IMG/VR virus record: IMGVR_UViG_3300020204_000006
Source: a virus
Strand: one strand, 5' to 3'
Length of the DNA: 64,000 nucleotides
Shown here one piece after another: positions 1 through 8,577 of the stretch (within the stretch, counting starts at the first letter, position 1; each line of letters starts with the position of its first letter). Made by a program: the position numbers and the translations under genes. The notes beneath the pieces are model-generated. The model saw nothing but the letters and a program-made list of their open reading frames with translations. It ran no database searches and had not been told where the DNA came from.

Positions 1-600
1 ATTGAAGGTATTTGGAACCCTTCTTTAAAAGACTTTGTTGACTCCAGAAATATAAATAATTATTACACTGGCAGATTAAGTACTTTTAATCCAAGAGCAG
101 AAACTGTTGTCGCATCAAATTTTTCAGACGAATTTGCAAAAAAATCCTATGAGTTATTATCTAAGACATTTAATGCAAAAAACTTTTTTATTAATCTTTC
201 ATCATCAGACAGTTCAAAATTTGGATTTTCTAATCTTGCCATCAAAGAAAACGGTATTTCTTTAGACATTTTTTCTGGTTGGACTGGCATAGATTATAAT
301 AAAAATTATAATGTTCTTTTTAGAGACGGATTGTATGAAAAGCCATTTTTTTCATCTATTATAAAATTTAATTCAAATTCTATATCTTCATTAGAAAACT
401 CTTTAATATCAAATTTGCTTAGTGGTGATTTCTCTTTAATAGTTCAGGATGCTAATGGGAAGGAAATAGTTAGAGGTTCAACAAGACAATCTGGACAGTC
501 TTATTCTGTTGTTCCCAAGCCAGATTTATCTGGTGGTATATCTGTTGCCATTAAAAGAGGATCTATTTCTCAAAGGATTTCTATAAGAGGAGTGCAATAA
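1..600 (+). CDS. Hypothetical protein, 5'-truncated by the window (>=199 aa)
   Basis: Frame 1 is open from base 1 (IEGIWNPSLKDFVDSRNINNYYTGRLSTFNP...) through the track's TTG at 331 to TAA at 598-600, so the listed 89-aa ORF is only the C-terminal part. Confidence 0.8.
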   Translation: MEGIWNPSLKDFVDSRNINNYYTGRLSTFNPRAETVVASNFSDEFAKKSYELLSKTFNAKNFFINLSSSDSSKFGFSNLAIKENGISLDIFSGWTGIDYNKNYNVLFRDGLYEKPFFSSIIKFNSNSISSLENSLISNLLSGDFSLIVQDANGKEIVRGSTRQSGQSYSVVPKPDLSGGISVAIKRGSISQRISIRGVQ

Positions 601-606
601 TAAATT

Positions 607-1605
607 ATGGCAATTAGATCTATACCAGATAAAGTTGGAAATTTTTCACAAGGAACTTCCAATGCAATTTTTTTGAAAACATATTCTCCCACTGGAGAAG
701 CTGAGGACATACAGAGTCCAAGTATAACTATAACTGATTCATCTAATGATGAGATAGTTCATGCATCAGCTACAAAAGCTGGTGATGGGTTTTATTTTTA
801 TGAATGGGTAATTGCCAGAGATCAGCAAGAGGGAGAATATTCGATAGAGTGGAGTTATTTAAGTGACGGTAATGTTTCTTATGTTTATCAGACTGCAGTA
901 GTAACAAACGCACCTTCTATATCAAATGCATACTTTGGTTTTGTTGCAGATTTAAAGACTAGCCTAGAATACCATTTAAGGGCTCCCATGAATATACCTG
1001 TTTATAAAGAAGAGGGCAGGCCTGTTGATAATTATACTACTTATAAATTTGCTTTTCCTAGATGGAATCAGTATCAGGGAGTAAAAGTTTATAGGAATCA
1101 AGAATTAATTCAAGATGGATTTTCTATAGATTTTTTTCATGGTAAAATAATATTTGATGTTCCAAATACAGAATATGATATTGTAAACTGTGATTATAAT
1201 TTTAGGTGGTTCTCTGATCCACAACTTATGGTTTTTCTTAATAATGGCGTACAAAGAATGAATATGTATCCGCCTGTTTGTTATCATTCCCTTGAAAGAA
1301 TGCCATCTAGATTTATTCCTATAGTTATATATTCGGCTGTTGTTGATGCTTTGCGCGAAATGATGTTATCGATACAGTTTCAGGAGCCTCAGCTTATTTT
1401 TGGATCTATAGAAAGATCTCAAAGTGTATTTGGTAATTTTGATACTTTAAAGAAAAATTACGAAGAAACCCTTAAGGGTATGTTGGATGCAAAAAAGTTT
1501 GGACCATATACTGGTCTTACTAGAATGGTCGTTGTTCCTGAGTATACTTTGCCAGGTGGTCGAAGTAGATATTTCAGATATTTATTTACAGGGTCTAACG
1601 TATGA
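607..1605 (+). CDS. Probable head-tail neck/adaptor protein with N-terminal Ig-like domain
   Basis: N-terminal beta-rich segment (GDGFYFYEW...GEYSIEWSY). The C-terminal helical part FSDPQLMVFLNNGVQRMNMYPP...YSAVVDALREM resembles neck/adaptor proteins of large phages. Its position precedes the tail genes. Confidence 0.55.
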   Translation: MAIRSIPDKVGNFSQGTSNAIFLKTYSPTGEAEDIQSPSITITDSSNDEIVHASATKAGDGFYFYEWVIARDQQEGEYSIEWSYLSDGNVSYVYQTAVVTNAPSISNAYFGFVADLKTSLEYHLRAPMNIPVYKEEGRPVDNYTTYKFAFPRWNQYQGVKVYRNQELIQDGFSIDFFHGKIIFDVPNTEYDIVNCDYNFRWFSDPQLMVFLNNGVQRMNMYPPVCYHSLERMPSRFIPIVIYSAVVDALREMMLSIQFQEPQLIFGSIERSQSVFGNFDTLKKNYEETLKGMLDAKKFGPYTGLTRMVVVPEYTLPGGRSRYFRYLFTGSNV

Positions 1606-1892
1606 TTGATAAAAATAAATTAAGATTGGCTATTATGGATCCCAAGGTTACTTTTTTTGTTTTACCAAAAAGTTCTTTAATAGAAATGATAGTAAGAGGT
1701 GAAAACAATATAGTAAACAGCTTGCCTCTTGACTTAAAGACTGTTTTCCTTTCTAAAAAAGGTTTGGCAATAGAAAATGCTATGGTCGAAAAATATATTA
1801 ATGATACAATTGACGAAAAGCACAAGCTAATATTAGATAATTGTGAAATTAGAGTATTTCAAAAGACCGTAGAAGTTTCTGGAAAAAAATGA
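1602..1892 (+). CDS. Hypothetical protein (96 aa)
   Basis: ATGA overlaps on both sides and composition like neighbours. No motif recognised. Confidence 0.7.
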   Translation: MIDKNKLRLAIMDPKVTFFVLPKSSLIEMIVRGENNIVNSLPLDLKTVFLSKKGLAIENAMVEKYINDTIDEKHKLILDNCEIRVFQKTVEVSGKK

Positions 1893-2311
1893 CTAATAGA
1901 ACAAAAGAGAATAAAAAATTGGTATTCAAAAATTACGGCGAATATCTTTATATGACAAGAAATTTGAGCAATCATCAAAAGGTTATGATTTTTGACAGTT
2001 TATCTCGAGATGAAAAAAAATCTTTAGAAAAAGCTCTTGTTGAAGAGGGCTGGGATGATTTAATATGGCAGAATGAGATAGACTACAAAATAGATCTTAT
2101 AAAAAAAATATTTGGCAGAGATGTAATAGATCTTAAAATAAAAGTTCTAAAAGGTAAAAAAATTAGAATGAAAACTAGTGTTTGGGAAAGAATAGTTGAA
2201 GAATTCAAGTCGGTCCCAGACTCCATGAAAAATCATATTTTTTCTGGCTTACAGTTCAAGATAGATAGAAATGATTTGCATTTTGGTATACTTCAGAAGG
2301 GAAAAAGATAA
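1889..2311 (+). CDS. Hypothetical basic protein (140 aa)
   Basis: Coupled to both neighbours (ATGA, TAATG). No motif recognised. Confidence 0.75.
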   Translation: MTNRTKENKKLVFKNYGEYLYMTRNLSNHQKVMIFDSLSRDEKKSLEKALVEEGWDDLIWQNEIDYKIDLIKKIFGRDVIDLKIKVLKGKKIRMKTSVWERIVEEFKSVPDSMKNHIFSGLQFKIDRNDLHFGILQKGKR

Positions 2312-3024
2312 TGAGTAAAAAAAATAAAAAGTCCGCGTCCAATTCTGGCAATACTCCTGTAAATGGAAGCGGTTGCTATTCTTTTATAACTCCTAAAACT
2401 CAAGAGCAGGCAGATGCACTTAAAACTATAGATACTAATACAATATCATTTTTATATGGTGTTCCTGGAACTGGAAAAACAACTTTGGCTGTTGGATATG
2501 CTCTAAAAGAGCTTGTAAATTCTAAAATATCTAAAGTTATTATTACAAGACCATACGTTTCTGCTGGAGAAAATCTTGGATATCTTCCTGGAAGTTTAGA
2601 AGAAAAATTTGATCCATTTTTTACTCCAGTCCGTATGTGTATGGAAAAGATAATAGGAAAGTCTCAGTTAAATAAATATTTAAATTTGGGCCACATATTG
2701 GTTCTTCCTGTTGCCTATATGAGAGGTGTTACTTTTGAAAATTGCTGTGTCATCATGGACGAAGCCCAAAATTCGTCAATTGAACAGATGCATCTTGTCC
2801 TTACAAGAGTAGGCCAAAAATGCAAACTTATAATAACTGGAGATGAGTTTCAAACAGATATAAGAACTAAAAAAAATGGCCTTTCTGATGCCATATCTAG
2901 GCTTGGTGGTATTGATAGAATTGGTTTTTATGAATTGTCTGCTATGTCTTGCCAAAGAGATCTTTTGGTCGGAGAGATAGACATTAAATATAAAGGACAG
3001 ATAGATAAAAATAAGAATTTATAA
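2311..3024 (+). CDS. phoH: PhoH-family ATPase/RNA helicase
   Basis: Walker A GVPGTGKT; IITRPYV..GENLGYLPG..EEKFDPF; YMRGVTF....IMDEAQN; LTRVG; ITGD..QTD. This is the full PhoH motif set. Confidence 0.97.
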   Translation: MSKKNKKSASNSGNTPVNGSGCYSFITPKTQEQADALKTIDTNTISFLYGVPGTGKTTLAVGYALKELVNSKISKVIITRPYVSAGENLGYLPGSLEEKFDPFFTPVRMCMEKIIGKSQLNKYLNLGHILVLPVAYMRGVTFENCCVIMDEAQNSSIEQMHLVLTRVGQKCKLIITGDEFQTDIRTKKNGLSDAISRLGGIDRIGFYELSAMSCQRDLLVGEIDIKYKGQIDKNKNL

Positions 3025-3029
3025 GTATT

Positions 3030-5174
3030 ATGAACATAGGTTGTCTATCTAATTCTTTATCAAAAATGGCATCTTTAAATGATGCCCAAAGATTTATATT
3101 TTATAAATATCTTTTAGGTAGCCTATATAGATTTGCTCAGTTTGATGATGATTTTGACGATTCTTCTATCGGTACAGGAACTGTAGATGGTTCTCTTAAA
3201 GGTGATCTTACTCCTGATCTTATAAATAAAGCAGAGCTTATAAAGTCTCTTTCTCTTTCTGGAGATAAGATAGGTTCCGATAGGATTATGAATGAAGTCT
3301 TATCAAGTTCTTTGCTTACAAAAAAACAAAAAAAAGATTTTAAAAAATATGTTATGAGGATTCTTCTTGCTGGTTCTTCTATAGGCGTAGAAGATCAGTC
3401 TAAAGTTCAAGATTCTAACCTTGGATATCAGTCCAAAGATATGTCCAGGTCTTTTTCTTTATTAAAAAGAATAAATAATGAGGTTTCTAGAATTCATCCT
3501 GATATATTTAATATTATTTACAACAAGCAAAATCCATTATATTCAAAATGTAGAAGTGATTTAAGATATGAAAAAAAGCTATCTGAAAAATATTTAGGAA
3601 GTTTGACCGACGTTATCTCGGATGTAGTTTCTGCTCCTGGTTTTACCTATTTTGAGCAGGATCCAAATAGGTTGCAAGAATCTTCTTTTGAGTATTTTTA
3701 TTACAACCCATTCCATATACCCCAAGACGTTAGCAGTACTTTAGCTAACTGTATGGGTTCAAGTAACCCTTCGCCACAAACAGTCTCTAAATGTCTTTGG
3801 AAGAATGCAGACAGGAGATTGATAAGTGACAATTTTACTTCAATAAGAAATGCATGCTTGGAGGAAATGCTTGAAAGAATTATCCGTAAAGAGCCTGCTA
3901 TGATGTGTTTTTTAGTTAGAATGCTTCTTAGGCATACTGATAGAATATTTGCTCAAAAGAAAAGCACTCCAATAAGTTTTGAAACTTTTGAGCAAGTTAA
4001 AAAAAATAAAGAAGATTGTGATTTAATTCATCTTAAATCAGATGTAATAGAAGCATTTACTCCAGATGACAAGGCAGAAGAAGCGAGATTAAATTCAGAA
4101 AAACAAGGTTGTCCTGATTCTTATTTGGTAGAAAAAGGCAAATACGATTCAAGTGAAGACGTCGAGAGAGAAAATAATTTAAAAATAGTTCGTAATTTTT
4201 ATCCTAGTTTCATAGCGCATTTAGAAAGAAAAAAATCAGAACTTGATTTGCTTTTTAGTTACATAATAAACTCAGCTTCTGATGAATCTGTTTACGGAAA
4301 TTTAAAAGATATTTGCAATGATATTAAAAATGATTTAATTGGTGTTATTGATGAAGAGATAGATGCTGTAAAACTAGATATGGATAAGAGTTCATACGGT
4401 ATTGCTGTTTCCATAATAAAGAAGATGCAGATATCTGGTAGTGCAGACTTTATTTCTGAAATTAGAAAAAAGAGCTTTGAATTTAAGGTTAGAATAAAGG
4501 ATCCTGATTCTATTTCAGATCGTGATATTGATATTATATCAGGTATAGATATTTCACTAATGCCATCTTATAATGTTTCTATTGAGGGTGTTCCAGGCTG
4601 GTCAAAAGAAGGTGGTTATGGAAAAATACAGGTTATTAAACAGCAATTTGATATGGCTTACGAAGAATTTTTAAGAGGGTCTATAGCGCGTCTTTCAACA
4701 ATGATGTCCAATCCTGATACTAGAAAAAGAATAATAGGTTGGTATAAAACTGGTACAAGAGGTATAAAGATAAACCCTGTAACTAAAAAAAGATCGATAT
4801 CATCTGATGAAATATATGAGCAATTTTTGAAGGGTTCTTTGACTGGAGATTCACTTAAATCTTATCTTTCAGGCCTTATAACCAGCCGTTCCGGAAATGA
4901 AAATTTAAAACTTTTTCTTGATAAGGTTTCAATTGGTAAGAATTTTGGACAGCAAGTAAAAGAGCTGTCATCTTTTAGGGAAAATTTTAGGTCACTGATA
5001 TCAAAAATATCTAAAGATGCAGAAATGCCACCTTCTGTGGTTGAATCTGGAATGACATTGTTTTCAACTCAAATTTCTTCTGAAGAAAATAAAAAAGAAG
5101 AAAAAACTGCTTGTTTTGATTTTATGTCTCAAGGCTTTTTAATAAAAATGGCTTCATACATAAGGAGCAGGTGA
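3030..5174 (+). CDS. Hypothetical helical protein (714 aa), possibly internal virion protein
   Basis: Long ORF, charged and predicted helical by composition. No catalytic motif recognised. Confidence 0.8.
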   Translation: MNIGCLSNSLSKMASLNDAQRFIFYKYLLGSLYRFAQFDDDFDDSSIGTGTVDGSLKGDLTPDLINKAELIKSLSLSGDKIGSDRIMNEVLSSSLLTKKQKKDFKKYVMRILLAGSSIGVEDQSKVQDSNLGYQSKDMSRSFSLLKRINNEVSRIHPDIFNIIYNKQNPLYSKCRSDLRYEKKLSEKYLGSLTDVISDVVSAPGFTYFEQDPNRLQESSFEYFYYNPFHIPQDVSSTLANCMGSSNPSPQTVSKCLWKNADRRLISDNFTSIRNACLEEMLERIIRKEPAMMCFLVRMLLRHTDRIFAQKKSTPISFETFEQVKKNKEDCDLIHLKSDVIEAFTPDDKAEEARLNSEKQGCPDSYLVEKGKYDSSEDVERENNLKIVRNFYPSFIAHLERKKSELDLLFSYIINSASDESVYGNLKDICNDIKNDLIGVIDEEIDAVKLDMDKSSYGIAVSIIKKMQISGSADFISEIRKKSFEFKVRIKDPDSISDRDIDIISGIDISLMPSYNVSIEGVPGWSKEGGYGKIQVIKQQFDMAYEEFLRGSIARLSTMMSNPDTRKRIIGWYKTGTRGIKINPVTKKRSISSDEIYEQFLKGSLTGDSLKSYLSGLITSRSGNENLKLFLDKVSIGKNFGQQVKELSSFRENFRSLISKISKDAEMPPSVVESGMTLFSTQISSEENKKEEKTACFDFMSQGFLIKMASYIRSR

Positions 5175-5177
5175 TAT

Positions 5178-5354
5178 ATGGTTTTTGTTTGTGTTTGTGA
5201 AAAATGTCATGAACACAGTAGAGATAAAAATCTATCAATAGAGATAAATTTTAGCGACAAGGTAATTTATTTTAAGTGTACTAAATGTGGTCATCTTAAT
5301 TCCATAGAACTAGATAAAAAAAATTTTAAATTACCAAAAGGCAAAGTAATATAA
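5178..5354 (+). CDS. Small Zn-ribbon protein (58 aa), not in the ORF track
   Basis: Manual translation MVFVCVCEKCHEHSRDKNLSIEINFSDKVIYFKCTKCGHLNSIELDKKNFKLPKGKVI has CEKC...CTKCG. It fills the 5175-5353 gap, has AGGAG/GGTGA upstream, and its TAA overlaps the next ATG (TAATG). Confidence 0.85.
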   Translation: MVFVCVCEKCHEHSRDKNLSIEINFSDKVIYFKCTKCGHLNSIELDKKNFKLPKGKVI

Positions 5355-5872
5355 TGTTTTCAATACAAAATAAAAGTGGTAAATACATATCGATAAGCGA
5401 TCTTGGTCTGGTGCTTGCTCCAAAACAGTGCATAGATCTTGATAGAGTTGTTGATAGACATGTTTCTGATTCATCTTCGTGTTTAAAAAAAGCAGTAGAG
5501 ACAAGCATGGTAAAAATATTAAGAAAAGATATTGAGTTAAAAAATATTATAGTTGAAAAAAGAGAAAAGATAGATATAAATTCTGATGAAATTAAAAAAG
5601 AACTAGACTCTTTTAAAAAAGATATAATATCTATTCTTTCAGAAAATCTTAAAAATAATAAAACAGTTGTAATACAACAGGTTTTAGAGAATTCTTCTAA
5701 TTCTGTAGAGACGGATGAAACTCATGCCGATTCTTCTGTTCTCTCTAAACTTCATGAAAAAACCATGGAAAAGATGTTAAAAAATACAGAAATGAACATA
5801 TCCAATTCGTCTAAAGAGGTTAATAATTCTAGTTTGCAAAATAAACTTGATGAGCTTGAGGGCTTGTTGTAA
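5354..5872 (+). CDS. Hypothetical protein with coiled coil, low-complexity linker and C-terminal helix (172 aa)
   Basis: Small N-terminal beta domain (FSIQNKSGKYISISDLGLVL), heptad-like IKKELDSFKKDIISILSENL, S/N/E-rich linker, terminal LQNKLDELEGLL. Confidence 0.8.
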   Translation: MFSIQNKSGKYISISDLGLVLAPKQCIDLDRVVDRHVSDSSSCLKKAVETSMVKILRKDIELKNIIVEKREKIDINSDEIKKELDSFKKDIISILSENLKNNKTVVIQQVLENSSNSVETDETHADSSVLSKLHEKTMEKMLKNTEMNISNSSKEVNNSSLQNKLDELEGLL

Positions 5873-5886
5873 TAAAGGAGAAAATT

Positions 5887-6939
5887 ATGCCATATTCTGG
5901 TTTTGATGTAGGAACAATGTTTTGTCAATGTGCAAAAATAGACAGTAAAAACAAAACTAATATTTCTGTATCAAGAAATTCTTTTGTTGAAATAGAGAAC
6001 GACGGTTCTGATTTAGAAGAAATTTTAAAAAGAAATAGTTGGCAATATGTAAATGATGGTGGAAAGTATTATGTTATAGGAGACGATAGCCTTCAAGTTG
6101 TCAAGCTTTTTCCTAACAAGCTTGATCTTCGTCGTCCCATGCAGGATGGCGTTTTAAATAAGAATGAAGAAAAAAAGAATATAGTTCTTGGAAAAATTAT
6201 TGAAGGCTTACTTGGTAAAGCGCCTAATCAAAATTCTGTTGTTGCTACTTGTATAAGCTCTCCTTGTGTTGATGATTCGCTTAATAGCGAATTTCACGCA
6301 CTTAGATTGAAAAGCATGTTTACTAGACTTGGATGGAAGGTAAAGGTAATAGAGGAAGGTCTAGCTGTAATACTTAATGAAAGACCATCGTGCAAAGATA
6401 ATCTTGGGAATGAGATACCCTATTCTGGAATAGGCATATCTTTTGGTGGAGGAAGAGTTAATTGCGTCTTGGCGTATAAGGGTCTTCAAATAATTGGAAT
6501 GTCTGTTAGTAGATCTGGTGATTGGATTGACAAGCAGGTTTCTTCTCAAACTGGAGCTCCCATTTCTCAAATATTGAGAAAAAAAGAATTTGAGTTAGAT
6601 TTTGAAAACTTGAATGAGGATGATGATATTATATTTGGTCTTTCTACTTATTATGATGTTATGCTAAAGCATGTTTTTGGTCTTTTCGCTAAAAAATTTG
6701 TTGAGGTAAAAACTGAATTTGATATGCCTCTAGATATAGTTGTTGCTGGAGGCACTGCTATGCCAAACGGTTTTGAAACTAGGGTGTCCGATGTTGTGTC
6801 TGGTATGACTCTTCCTTTCAAGATAGGCAATATAAAAAAGAGTCAAGATCCAAGAAATTCAGTTGTTCTTGGATTGCTTGTTCAGGCTGGAATATCTCAA
6901 AGAAAACTTGATAAGGGTCTTTCGGAGGACAGTATCTAA
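5887..6939 (+). CDS. Actin-fold ATPase, volactin-like
   Basis: Phosphate-1 GFDVGT, connect-1 VIEEGLAV, phosphate-2 GISFGGGRVN, adenosine IVVAGGTAMPNGF, connect-2 DPRNSVVLG. Strong RBS AAAGGAG. The motifs RNSFVEIE, VIGDDSL, RRPM..GVL and GDWID match my recollection of haloarchaeal volactin. Confidence 0.9.
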   Translation: MPYSGFDVGTMFCQCAKIDSKNKTNISVSRNSFVEIENDGSDLEEILKRNSWQYVNDGGKYYVIGDDSLQVVKLFPNKLDLRRPMQDGVLNKNEEKKNIVLGKIIEGLLGKAPNQNSVVATCISSPCVDDSLNSEFHALRLKSMFTRLGWKVKVIEEGLAVILNERPSCKDNLGNEIPYSGIGISFGGGRVNCVLAYKGLQIIGMSVSRSGDWIDKQVSSQTGAPISQILRKKEFELDFENLNEDDDIIFGLSTYYDVMLKHVFGLFAKKFVEVKTEFDMPLDIVVAGGTAMPNGFETRVSDVVSGMTLPFKIGNIKKSQDPRNSVVLGLLVQAGISQRKLDKGLSEDSI

Positions 6940-7670
6940 TGGGATATTGCAATAGAACGCTTGTTGAAAGAATAATAGCACAATCTATGACAAGTGCTAC
7001 TATATCCAGCACAAATCATCCTCAAAAAGGCTTGTTGAGAGATTTCGGAAATCAGTTAAATACAAACGTAATATCTCTCGACACACTTAATGAGCACATA
7101 TCCATTGCTGATCAATTTATAAACAGCGTACTTAGTGAAATGTATAAAGTTCCATTAAAAGAGTTTTCTGATTTTGATGTTGATCTTGGTTTAGATATAG
7201 ATGAATACTCTTCTCATATTGTGTTGAGTCGTCCTTGTGCTAATGTATTTAATCCAGGTGACATTATTTTTATAACTAACGGCAATCAGTCGGATAGGTG
7301 TATCGTGTCTTCATATATAAACGAAAACACATTAACTGTTGATCAGCTGCCTTCTGGAAATTATTCTTCATCTGATACAAGAATATTAAGAATAAAATTT
7401 CCTGAACCAATATCAATTACTTCTGCTCGTCTGACTGTATCTTCTATTTATGATAGATATTATTTATCTCAAAGTCAGCTTCAGGGAAATGAATTTTCCA
7501 AAAAAATGAGAGAGCTTGCTAGAGTTGATCTTAATAATATTATTCATGGAAGAGTCATACTTCATGGCCAGCAAAGAATAGGAATGCGCTTTGCTAATCC
7601 AAATCTCAAGGACAGGTATAATCTTCCTTCTGGTGATAGTGATTCAACAAGAGACATTCCAGAAATTTAA
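6939..7670 (+). CDS. Head-tail adaptor, Mu gp36/DUF1320-like, with inserted beta domain
   Basis: MGYC start; ISIADQFINSVLSEMYKVPL; PEPISITSARLTVSSIY; ARVDLNNIIHGRVIL. This is the pattern of gp36-like adaptors. Confidence 0.75.
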   Translation: MGYCNRTLVERIIAQSMTSATISSTNHPQKGLLRDFGNQLNTNVISLDTLNEHISIADQFINSVLSEMYKVPLKEFSDFDVDLGLDIDEYSSHIVLSRPCANVFNPGDIIFITNGNQSDRCIVSSYINENTLTVDQLPSGNYSSSDTRILRIKFPEPISITSARLTVSSIYDRYYLSQSQLQGNEFSKKMRELARVDLNNIIHGRVILHGQQRIGMRFANPNLKDRYNLPSGDSDSTRDIPEI

Positions 7671-7676
7671 TTTTTA

Positions 7677-8573
7677 ATGGAACAAATACTAGATAGCTTA
7701 AAAAAAATTATTTATAGATGGCTTAATACTGAAACTGCAATTACCGAAAATCTGTCATCGGGATCAACTTTAATAAAAGTTGACAGGGCAACCAGATTTA
7801 TGCCTGGTGATGAAATTGCAATTACTGATGGAACAGAATTTGAATTCCCACTTGTAATTCATTCAATAATAGATGAAAATAATATTTTGTTAAAAAGTGA
7901 AACAAAATTTAGTTGGAGTTCTTCAAATGCGTATGTTAAAAAGACAATAGCTGGTCAATTAATCCAGGGTATTTATGTTGGTGACGTTAGCTCAATACCT
8001 AAATTTCCTGCTGTTTTAATAAATGGCGTAAGTAGGTCTAGCGAATGGACTACTCTTGAGAGTACTACAGAAAAATATGAAATTTCTATAACATGTTACG
8101 TTGAAGGCGCAACACAGGAGGACGGTTATAGGTCTCTTTTGAGAATGTCAAATATTATAGATAGGGGTCTTAAGAGGAACGTATTTCCTGTTGTTGGAGA
8201 AATTGGTCCAATCGACGTTATAGATTCTGTTGATATTGGTGATTATTTTATAAGAGTTGATGATACTGATGGTATGGTTAAAAATCAACTTCTAATTATA
8301 GAAGATAAATTCAAAGCTGAGGATGTATCAATAGAAGAAGTAATAGATAGTCAGACAATTAAATTACACAAAAAAGTATTTAATGATTATCCTCTAATAA
8401 ATGATCCCAGGGTTTTAATAGTTAGTAGATTTTTATATAATAGCTGGCCGAAAAATATTAGTTACACTACTGTCCAGAAGGATACACTTCTTAAGGGTGC
8501 AACTATAAACTGGAGCGCAGAGGAGATACAGCTTCAGGGTAGAATCGGATGGGTTGATACTCCTAGGGATTAA
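7677..8573 (+). CDS. Tail terminator / tail completion protein with two inserted beta domains
   Basis: GIYVGDVSSIPKFPAVLI...YEISITCYV......GYRSLLRMSNIIDRGL is typical of lambda gpU/SPP1 gp17-like terminators. Position is between adaptor and tube. Confidence 0.65.
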   Translation: MEQILDSLKKIIYRWLNTETAITENLSSGSTLIKVDRATRFMPGDEIAITDGTEFEFPLVIHSIIDENNILLKSETKFSWSSSNAYVKKTIAGQLIQGIYVGDVSSIPKFPAVLINGVSRSSEWTTLESTTEKYEISITCYVEGATQEDGYRSLLRMSNIIDRGLKRNVFPVVGEIGPIDVIDSVDIGDYFIRVDDTDGMVKNQLLIIEDKFKAEDVSIEEVIDSQTIKLHKKVFNDYPLINDPRVLIVSRFLYNSWPKNISYTTVQKDTLLKGATINWSAEEIQLQGRIGWVDTPRD

Positions 8574-8577
8574 TACT

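Noticed and set aside
331-600. Track start at TTG 331 (and the 8554 start of the GT-like gene)
   Set aside because: Frame 1 is open back to base 1. For the GT-like gene, ATG 8578 follows the previous stop by 4 nt and gives a typical MKTLVIG GT-B start.
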